Source: a virus
Taxonomy: Duplodnaviria > Caudoviricetes
Direction: 5' to 3' (one strand)
Length of the DNA stretch: 38,724 nt
IMG/VR virus record: IMGVR_UViG_3300037478_000090
Coordinates: 1-38,724 of that record
Shown one piece after another: positions 8,177 to 15,073 of this stretch. The translations under genes were made by a program, and so were the position numbers. Below the pieces are notes generated by a model, which saw nothing but the letters and a program-made list of their open reading frames with translations, was not told the origin of the DNA and ran no database searches. Positions within the stretch are counted from its first letter, which is position 1. Every line of letters starts with the position of its first letter.

Positions 8177-8370
8177 GTCCGACGCTGGCGTTCGGCTACA
8201 AGGAGCCGAACAAGAAGGGTCCGGCCTTCCACGCGGGGCACGGCGGTGCTTGCTCGCACTACGAGTGCATCGACGAGCGCTTCGAGGAAGGCGACCGGAT
8301 CCGGGCCGATGGCGAAGGCGGCTGGGAGTGCGCCGAGCACAAGGAGAACGAGGACGCGCGTGGCAGCTAA
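8173..8370 (+). CDS. Small hypothetical protein, possible Zn finger (CxxxxC...CxxH)
   Basis: GTGA overlap; FHAGHGGACSHYECIDERFEEGDRI...WECAEH. Confidence 0.6.
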   Translation: MSPTLAFGYKEPNKKGPAFHAGHGGACSHYECIDERFEEGDRIRADGEGGWECAEHKENEDARGS

Positions 8371-8548
8371 CTGCAACACTCCGGGGTGCAACCGGCTCCG
8401 GCAGATCAAGGGGCCGATCAGGGGCGGCTGTTGCGCCCTATGCCTCGTGAAGCAAGGCGCTGGACACACCAACAACTGCAACATGATCGAGGCAGAAGCC
8501 AACGCCGAGATCGGAGAGCCGGACAACATCGTCCTCGGCTACAACTAG
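8360..8548 (+). CDS. Small Cys-rich hypothetical protein
   Basis: GAGGA RBS; CNTPGC...CCALC...HTNNC. Confidence 0.55.
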   Translation: MAANCNTPGCNRLRQIKGPIRGGCCALCLVKQGAGHTNNCNMIEAEANAEIGEPDNIVLGYN

Positions 8549-8557
8549 ACGACGGGG

Positions 8558-8839
8558 ATGGCAATGGCGAAGAAGGGAATAGCTAGCAGAAGGCGTAAGC
8601 TCGTGGCGAGGTACGGGCTGATATGCCAGGGGTGCAAACGAGAGTTCCCGAATGAGGAGCTCACCATCGATCACATCCGCCCGAAGTCAAAGGGCGGACA
8701 CCCCTACGCATTCTTCAATCTGCAGCTTATGTGCGAGCCTTGCAATAGCGATAAGGCCGACAGCTGGGATGGGGAATCCGGAGTGGGAATAGATAATCCG
8801 GACGAGAGGAACAAGCATGCAGTGGCGCAACGATCGTGA
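8558..8839 (+). CDS. HNH endonuclease
   Basis: CQGC...TIDHIRPKSKGG...NLQLMCEPCNSDK is the canonical HNH pattern with two CxxC; the ORF is visibly lower in GC than its neighbours. Confidence 0.9.
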   Translation: MAMAKKGIASRRRKLVARYGLICQGCKREFPNEELTIDHIRPKSKGGHPYAFFNLQLMCEPCNSDKADSWDGESGVGIDNPDERNKHAVAQRS

Positions 8840-9023
8840 GAAGGCACTCGGAGCAGGACTCGGCTTCGTGATCGCCGGTTCGGGCAGGGATGCCCGTCTC
8901 GTGAACCTGACCTTCGACGAGAAGGACACGGACCACAACAGCCCGCGTCAGGGCCACGTCCGTCCGGCCTCCATGGCGGAGGTCAAGATGTGGCAGGTCC
9001 TCATCGGTAACCGGGCGCTGTGA
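8817..9023 (+). CDS. Hypothetical protein
   Basis: GAGGA RBS; overlaps the HNH stop; GTGA overlap downstream. Confidence 0.6.
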   Translation: MQWRNDREKALGAGLGFVIAGSGRDARLVNLTFDEKDTDHNSPRQGHVRPASMAEVKMWQVLIGNRAL

Positions 9024-9274
9024 AGGCCGTGTCCAACGCCACCAATGCCCCGGTCGTCATCTGGGATGGCGGCGTGTGGGACTTCGAGGAGGGCGTCGAC
9101 TTCGAGCCCGGCGAATGGCCGAAGCTGGCCTGCGAGCTCAAGGCGATCGCCCATATGCTCGGCGGGCATGGATCGGCCGCTGAGATCGTGCATCGCGACA
9201 AGGCATGCAACGTCAAGGAGCGGATCTTCAGGTGGCACTACATCGCGCGCAACGGCTGGAGAGGAGTTCTCTGA
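9020..9274 (+). CDS. Hypothetical protein
   Basis: GTGA coupling; high-GC3 codons. Confidence 0.6.
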   Translation: MKAVSNATNAPVVIWDGGVWDFEEGVDFEPGEWPKLACELKAIAHMLGGHGSAAEIVHRDKACNVKERIFRWHYIARNGWRGVL

Positions 9275-9877
9275 GTGGATTGGTCCTGGGCCACTAGCGC
9301 GCCATCTGCTGGTTCCAGCAACGGGATCCAGCGACTGAGGGCAGAGGAGGACGACGATCTCGAACCGTTCTCCTCGATCACGGCCGTCGACCCCGGCGGC
9401 TCGACCGGAATCTGCACCGTGTGGTACTGGGCCGCTGGTCTGGCCGACGCGAAGGTTCCCATGCAGAAATGCTTGCTCGCCTGGCAGTCGGCATGCCTGC
9501 GCGGCGGCGAGAACGAGCAGACGCTCGAGATCCTCCGCTGGTTCGCCAATCGGTCGTTCGGACAGGACAAGGCCGACATGGTCATCGAGGACTTCATCCT
9601 CAGGTCGGCCATCAAGGGGCGCGAGCTCCTCTCTCCTGTCCGTATCGGACACAAGGTGGACTATCAGCTCTGGCGTGGCCTGAAGGTGGCCAGCGGCGAG
9701 CGGCTCCGGTTCGAGCCATACTGGCAGTCTCCTGGAGACGCCAAGTCCGTCATGACGGACGAGCGACTCAAGCTGATGGCGATGTACACACCCGGTCCCG
9801 ATCATGCCAGGGACGCAACCCGCCACGCTCTCATGTGGCTCCGCAAGCACCGGGTTGACCTGCTCAAGGCTGCCTGA
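9275..9877 (+). CDS. RuvC-like Holliday junction resolvase (RNase H fold)
   Basis: ITAVDPGGSTG...MVIEDF...DHARDATRHA supply the D, E and (D/H)xxD catalytic set; AGAGGAG RBS. Confidence 0.75.
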   Translation: MDWSWATSAPSAGSSNGIQRLRAEEDDDLEPFSSITAVDPGGSTGICTVWYWAAGLADAKVPMQKCLLAWQSACLRGGENEQTLEILRWFANRSFGQDKADMVIEDFILRSAIKGRELLSPVRIGHKVDYQLWRGLKVASGERLRFEPYWQSPGDAKSVMTDERLKLMAMYTPGPDHARDATRHALMWLRKHRVDLLKAA

Positions 9878-9881
9878 CCTG

Positions 9882-9920
9882 AACGGGCCGCTCGACTGGT
9901 CATTTGCCGAGCGGCCCGTT
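9882..9920 (+). terminator. Hairpin terminator overlapping the helicase promoter
   Basis: AACGGGCCGCTCG / CGAGCGGCCCGTT 13-bp perfect inverted repeat ending in TTT. Confidence 0.6.
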
Positions 9921-9932
9921 TCGGGGTAAGAT
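9904..9932 (+). promoter_or_regulatory. Putative sigma70/HrdB-type promoter for the helicase gene
   Basis: TTGCCG-N17-TAAGAT, with GGGG immediately before the -10 (GGGTAnnnT motif). Confidence 0.5.
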
Positions 9933-9984
9933 GTCGAAATCCGAAAGAACGTCAACTCAGAATGCAGGACAGGGAGTTAGGGAA

Positions 9985-11809
9985 ATGACCCAAGGCGTCT
10001 ACGAGGTGGCCGTGGAGATCATGGAGGACGCAGGCATCAAGCCTCGCCCGCGTCAGCTGGACCTCCTCCGCTTCCTGAGCGACGGGGGTGCCCGATACGT
10101 CCAGGCTCCGACTGGCGTCGGCAAGTCCTTCGCGGCGATCGCCCATGCGGCGGCCAACGCGGAGATCACCGGCGATCACTCGATCATCATCGCGGCGGAC
10201 AACACGCTGCTGGATCAGTACGCCATGAAGGATCTTCCCTCCATGGCGAGGAGCGAACGCTTCACCTATGCGGTCGTCAAGGGACGTCGCCACTACGCGT
10301 GTGCCTCGGCCAACAACGAGGACAACGAGGAGTACCAGGCCATGATGGACCGCGCGCTGAGCGTGGACCGCATGCGTGGCCCGGAGGAGGCCAAGGCACG
10401 AGGCGAGATCAACCCGTGCAACGGTGGCGGCCGGTGCGTCTCCTGTGCCGGCATCGGCGTGTGCGAGCGCGAGGACTGCGACCACGACCAGGGGATCTGC
10501 TGGGCCAAGAGGGCTCGGAAGCTGTCTCACGAGGCAGACGTCATCCTGACCAACACCTCGATGTGGCTGGTCAACGCGAGCCTGTACGACCAGACCGACG
10601 GACTTCGTGCAGCTCATCCCGTTCGGACAGCCGTACGTGGACGAGGCGCAGCAGCTTCCGCAGACCGTGCGCGACAGCCTCGGCTGGGAGCTCACGCCGA
10701 ACTCCGGAGGTGCACTCGGACGCGATCTCGCCGAGGACTTGCGGACGGCCGTGAAGGACGTCGTTGGCAAGTACATCGAGGGCGAGGTTGCCGAGGGTCG
10801 TTCCGCGGACGCCAAGAGCCCGGCCAAGCGCTTCAAGGACCGGGCGCTGACGGACGGCGAACGCCTGGAGCTCTCGGCGGTGCTGCGTGGCCTGCGCGAG
10901 GCCATGAAGGAGACGACGCTCAAGGAGGAGGACATCGAGGACGACATCGAGACGCCCTCCCAGTTCCTTGAGCGGCGGATCTTCGCTCTGGAGAAGAAGC
11001 AGAAGGAGGAATGGGAGGACGGCTTCGCGCTCACCTGGATCGACCCGAACGGCATCCACTGGGACGTCCTTCACGCCGGTCCTGCAGTCGTTAACGCCTG
11101 CCGCAGCTGGCAGCCCCGGATGATCTCGGCGACGGTGCCCGGTTCGCTGCCGCGTCGCACCGGCTTCCCCAAGGCCAAGGCGGACTTCCTCCCGCAGATG
11201 TTCGACTGGAAGAACAACTGCGAGGGCATCATGGTCGACGCCGGCATGGACCCCGGCGACTGGCAGAACCGTGGATGGTTCGATCAGCGCTGGGAGGTGC
11301 TGGCGGAACAGCTCGACCAGACCGAGGGTGGTGCCCTGATCCTGGCCACGTCCAACATGGACGCCGACCGGCTGTACCAGAAGGCGGTGCGTCGGTACCA
11401 GGGGCGTCGACTGGTGCTGTGCCAGGAGCCCGGTAACACTGCCGGCAACCCCGCCCTCATCAAGGCGTTCCGAGAGGACGGTAACGCCATCCTCGTGGGC
11501 GTCGAGAGCTTCTGGAAGGGCGTCGACGTCTCGGGTCCGGCGCTCTCGCTCGTCGCGATCTGGAAGCTTCCGTATGCAGTGCCGACGCTCCTGCACAACG
11601 CGATCGGCGGGAAGACGCGGGACATGCAGTTCTCGTACAGCAACGAGTCCATGCACACGCGTCTCGTCCAGGGGATCGGACGGCTCCTGCGTAGCGAGAA
11701 CGACCGGGGCAAGATCGTCGTGTGCGACGGCCGGTTCCGCCGCGTGATCCAGCGCGGCCCTCTCCCGCAGATGTCCAAGCACCTGCCGCTGGTGTTCAAG
11801 AACGGCTGA
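9985..11809 (+). CDS. DinG/Rad3-family SF2 helicase, interrupted by a +1 frameshift near 10600-10607
   Basis: Frame 1 carries QAPTGVGKS (Walker A), KGRRHYAC, a Cys cluster and ADVILTN. Frame 2 from about 10607 carries VDEAQ (Walker B), ISAT, GGALILATS, SFWKGVDVSG, KLPY, QGIGRLLRSENDRG and CDGR. Together they form one complete helicase. Confidence 0.85.
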
Positions 11810-11815
11810 GAATCC

Positions 11816-11900
11816 CTCGGTGGGCGCGTAACGGACGATCTCGGATCGGACGGCCCAGGGGACCGACCCGGACCCCGTCTCCCGTTACGCGCCCGCCGAG
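11816..11900 (+). repeat. Long inverted repeat / extended hairpin after the helicase
   Basis: CTCGGTGGGCGCGTAACGG (11816-11834) pairs with CCGTTACGCGCCCGCCGAG (11882-11900) at 18/19 positions plus one G-U. Confidence 0.8.
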
Positions 11901-11925
11901 CCATCATGCCGGCCTCAGAACGCCG

Positions 11926-11964
11926 AAGAGCCCCGCTTCCCTTCCGGGAAGCGGGGCTCTTTTT
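11926..11964 (+). terminator. Intrinsic terminator between the convergent arms (possibly bidirectional)
   Basis: AAGAGCCCCGCTTCCC-TTCC-GGGAAGCGGGGCTCTT 16-bp stem ending in TTTTT. Confidence 0.9.
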
Positions 11965-11973
11965 GTCGGTGGC

Positions 11974-12501
11974 TCAGATGCTCATGTCGCTGCTCTCGCT
12001 CCACTTCAGCAGCTCGGCGTACTTGCCGAATCGGTCACCCCGGCGGATCCGCTTCTTGTCCGCGACCGCCTTGTTGTTGCCGACGAACTCACCGGCGATG
12101 TAGCGGATCTGCGGGACCCAGTAGCCGTTCTCGACGTTGGCGTAGTCCTCCAGGCGAGCCTCGGTGAAGCCGACCGTGGCGGCGATGCGGCCGAGCACCT
12201 CGTGAGCGTCCTTAGTGCCGGCAACCTCGACCGTCCTCCAGCCCTCGGCCACCTTGACCGCGAGACGCAGGACCTTCGGCTTGCTGGTGAAGGTCAGGTT
12301 GTACTCGCGGCACTGCTGCTCGGTGGGGCGGAACTCCGTGTCGTTGTACCGGGTGAAGTCCTCCGGCATGACCGGCACCCGCAGGCGCATGGCGTCCACG
12401 AATGCGGTCTTGTCGATCGGGTGGTACCAGCCGTCGGTGTCGCCGATGCCACGGCTGACGTAGCCGGAGTAAGCAGCGTTCTCGAACTCGGTGCGGTCCA
12501 T
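11974..12501 (-). CDS. Hypothetical protein (175 aa) with its own promoter
   Basis: CAGGAGG RBS before ATG 12501 (MDRTEFENAAY...); high GC3; AT-rich upstream region. Confidence 0.75.
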   Translation of the reverse strand: MDRTEFENAAYSGYVSRGIGDTDGWYHPIDKTAFVDAMRLRVPVMPEDFTRYNDTEFRPTEQQCREYNLTFTSKPKVLRLAVKVAEGWRTVEVAGTKDAHEVLGRIAATVGFTEARLEDYANVENGYWVPQIRYIAGEFVGNNKAVADKKRIRRGDRFGKYAELLKWSESSDMSI

Positions 12502-12542
12502 GGGTGCCTCCTGGGGCGTCTCGTTGTTTCCCTTACAACAAG

Positions 12543-12574
12543 AACTATACCCCAGATCGAGACGGATCAAAACC
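12543..12574 (-). promoter_or_regulatory. Putative promoter
   Basis: Minus strand GGTTTTGATC...GGGGTATAGTT; TATAGT -10 within the GGGTAnnnT motif. Confidence 0.5.
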
Positions 12575-12586
12575 TCTCTGCAGAAA

Positions 12587-12796
12587 TTACTGCCAGAGGA
12601 TGTGCCAGAGGTACCAGCCGGAGAAGCTAACCCAGAGGACGCCGAAGGTCCAGGCACCCGCGAGCGTCTTGGTGTGGAACCACTTGCGGGTGGTCTGCGA
12701 CAGGGTGTCCTTCCATCTCTTCTGCTTGATGGCGGCGATCTCGTACGCGACCCCGGCCAGGAGCAGCACGCCCCACACAACGTCTGCAGTTGCCAT
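12587..12796 (-). CDS. Small two-TM membrane protein (69 aa)
   Basis: MATADVVWGVLLLAGVAYE...TLS...GAWTFGVLWVSFSGWYLWHI; GGAGGA RBS; TGATG overlap with the methyltransferase stop. Confidence 0.7.
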   Translation of the reverse strand: MATADVVWGVLLLAGVAYEIAAIKQKRWKDTLSQTTRKWFHTKTLAGAWTFGVLWVSFSGWYLWHILWQ

Positions 12797-13446
12797 CAGT
12801 CCTCCTGCTTGATGAAGGCCGCGTCGTACACGGCTCCGCCGCCCTTGTGGAAACGAGCCCTGCTGCCTCGCGACCACTTGTTGATCCACTGATAGTCGCG
12901 CGACCACTTGTTGGCCTCGCGGAAGCCGTTGGCGTCCATGAACTCTACCGTGGCATCGTAGCCGACGGCGATCGTCGGGTCGTCCTTGGTGCAGCACTCC
13001 GTGATGATCAGGTCGAACTGCGTGAGGTCGGCCGCTCCGAGCACCTGAAGCTCCAGGCCCTGCGCATCGATCACGGCCACGTTGGCGTCGCCCTGGATGC
13101 TGTCGAGCCGGACCACGGGGACCTGGATGATCCGGTCCAGCAGATCCGACTTCTGCGGGGTCACGAGCGTCGACAGATTCGTCTTCTGCATGATGCTCAG
13201 CGTGGCGGTGGTCGGAGCAGGACCGCACGCGCTCTCGATCACGGTGACGGTCGCATCCTCCTCGTACCGGTCGCGCAGGACTTCGGCGAGCTCGGGGATC
13301 GGCTCGACCAGGGTGATGTGCCCGGCTCCGGCCTCCTTGTAGAACGGAACCTCCTCGCCCCGGTGCGCTCCCACGTGGATGATGTGCGTCGGCGTGATGT
13401 TGAGATTGGTGACCAGGGACGGGAAGTCCACGAACACGGTGCCCAT
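12796..13446 (-). CDS. FkbM-family SAM-dependent methyltransferase
   Basis: HVGAHRGEE, LVEP, VPVVRLD and VIDAQGLELQVLGA are the FkbM/Methyltransf_21 motifs. Confidence 0.85.
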   Translation of the reverse strand: MGTVFVDFPSLVTNLNITPTHIIHVGAHRGEEVPFYKEAGAGHITLVEPIPELAEVLRDRYEEDATVTVIESACGPAPTTATLSIMQKTNLSTLVTPQKSDLLDRIIQVPVVRLDSIQGDANVAVIDAQGLELQVLGAADLTQFDLIITECCTKDDPTIAVGYDATVEFMDANGFREANKWSRDYQWINKWSRGSRARFHKGGGAVYDAAFIKQED

Positions 13447-14096
13447 CAGTTGCTCCTCGTTGCGGGGTGGCGCTCGTAGTCCACCGGGAAGTCGATGTCG
13501 TCGGTCTCGTCGTTGATCTCGATGAAGTGCTTGGGCAGCACCTTGTGACGCTGGAGGGGTGTGCGCTGCCAGGATCGCAGGAGCATCCAGCCCGGCGGAC
13601 GCGTGATCTTGCCGGAAGCCCGGATGGCGTGCACATTACGCAGATACGCGTCCATCTGGATGATGTGCTCGCCGTACCAACTTGCAGCGAACAGCTCGCC
13701 ATACGGAGTACCGGTGATCCGGCTCGGACCGAATCGACCGAACGCCATGTACTGCCGCTTGCCGTAGTGCATGATGCGCTCGATAGCCTGATCGCTGAAG
13801 TACACGTCGCCCAGGAACAGGATCGTCCGCCCCTCCGGATCCCAGAACGGACGGCTTGCCTCGAACTCGCTCTGCTTGTATTCCTGAACGATGTGCCGGG
13901 TCGCCTGCAGATGGAGGTATGCCGGGTCGTTCGGTGTGAGCAGATGCACCTCGTGGCCGTACGCAGACAGCTGCTCGATGGTTCGCTCGATGAGCGGCTG
14001 TCCGTCGTGGCGGGTCAGCGGAGCGAGATGCGAAGGGACGCCGAGATGTCGACCCCACTTGCTCTGGCTGCCAGAAGCAGCAATGATGACCTTCAT
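13446..14096 (-). CDS. Nucleotidyltransferase-like / GT-A fold protein with degenerate signature
   Basis: MKVIIAASGSQSKW...VPSHL...GQPLIERTIEQL, FLGDVYF and DDIDFPVDY resemble LicC/NTP-transferase-type proteins; ATGA overlap with the upstream GT gene. Confidence 0.7.
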   Translation of the reverse strand: MKVIIAASGSQSKWGRHLGVPSHLAPLTRHDGQPLIERTIEQLSAYGHEVHLLTPNDPAYLHLQATRHIVQEYKQSEFEASRPFWDPEGRTILFLGDVYFSDQAIERIMHYGKRQYMAFGRFGPSRITGTPYGELFAASWYGEHIIQMDAYLRNVHAIRASGKITRPPGWMLLRSWQRTPLQRHKVLPKHFIEINDETDDIDFPVDYERHPATRSN

Positions 14097-15031
14097 CCCA
14101 GAACCTCTTCCTTGATCTGCAGCAGCCTGTGCCGCCACATGTGTCGTTCTTCCGTGACGGTGAGCGCGGCCTCCCGCATGGCCGCCATCTCCTTGCTTCC
14201 GAGCGCGGACACCTTGTAGCTGAGCGTGTCGAAGTCGTACCTGTCGAACAGGATCATGTTGGTCTCGTTGTAGCCCTGCTCGGCGAGCCCCGGCGTGTTG
14301 GGATAGGCCAGGATGCCGCCCCTGCCCATCGTCGTGGGGACGCGGTCCGACCAGTAGTAGTCGGCCGGTGCGGAGTCTCCGAACGCGACGTTGGCCACGG
14401 CGTACACCTGGCTCAGGTCCGAGTTGTAGACCTTGTTGTGCTGTCCGTAGTGCTGGAACCCCGGACCGTATCGCCTGCGAGCCCACTGGAGGAGCTTGGC
14501 TCGGTGGTCTCCGTGGATGCCCTTGGAGTTGCTGCCCACGAACACGTATCGCTTCTTGAATCGGCATCGCACCGGAAGCTCTGCGAGGCCGAAGTGTTCG
14601 TCGCCCATTGCAGGCGGCATCCAGAAGTGGTTCACCCCGCGCTCAGCGAACTCTGCCTGGTGCCCGCCGTCGGCCGTGTAGACCCGTTGGCAGGACCACC
14701 AGGGGTTCTGCTGGACGTTGACGTACGGCTCTCGCTGCGGGAGATTCCAGTACAAGTCCATGTGCATGCCGATCGTCGGAACCCCGGCATCCTCGATCCG
14801 CCGGAGCATCGCGTATGCATCATCGTGCGGATCGTTGCGATGGGTCCGCAACCACAGGAAGAGGTCCGCGTCTTTGCACTCACGCAGGACCTCTTCCGTT
14901 CGAGCGGCCTGAGCCGCCCGGTGTGTCACATCCCAGCCGAGCTTGACAGCTGCCTTCTCGATATCCCGCTTCCAGTGGTTGCCCCGGAACTCCTGGGGAT
15001 AGCCGAGGATGTACAGCTTCAGCCCTGACAC
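14093..15031 (-). CDS. Glycosyltransferase (GT-B, CgeB/Glyco_trans_1_2-like)
   Basis: YVFVGS, DLSQVYA...AFGDS, YWSDRVPTTMGRGG and ERHMWRHRL match the C-terminal domain of this family; GGAG RBS before GTG 15031. Confidence 0.8.
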   Translation of the reverse strand: MSGLKLYILGYPQEFRGNHWKRDIEKAAVKLGWDVTHRAAQAARTEEVLRECKDADLFLWLRTHRNDPHDDAYAMLRRIEDAGVPTIGMHMDLYWNLPQREPYVNVQQNPWWSCQRVYTADGGHQAEFAERGVNHFWMPPAMGDEHFGLAELPVRCRFKKRYVFVGSNSKGIHGDHRAKLLQWARRRYGPGFQHYGQHNKVYNSDLSQVYAVANVAFGDSAPADYYWSDRVPTTMGRGGILAYPNTPGLAEQGYNETNMILFDRYDFDTLSYKVSALGSKEMAAMREAALTVTEERHMWRHRLLQIKEEVLG

Positions 15032-15073
15032 GGTCGCTCCATTCCTTGGGCGGATACGCATCCGCCCTCGGAA

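Noticed and set aside
10607-10971. C-terminal 120 aa of ORF 9904-10971 as real protein, or two separate helicase genes
   Set aside because: The codon pattern and helicase motifs show frame 2 is coding here. A 365-nt overlap and the lack of a good RBS at 10607 make two independent genes unlikely.
9275-11809. DinG + RuvC-like + HNH as a type IV CRISPR or Cas-like system
   Set aside because: No repeat-spacer array or Cas7/Cas5-like genes are present. These genes are adequately explained as phage recombination and replication functions.
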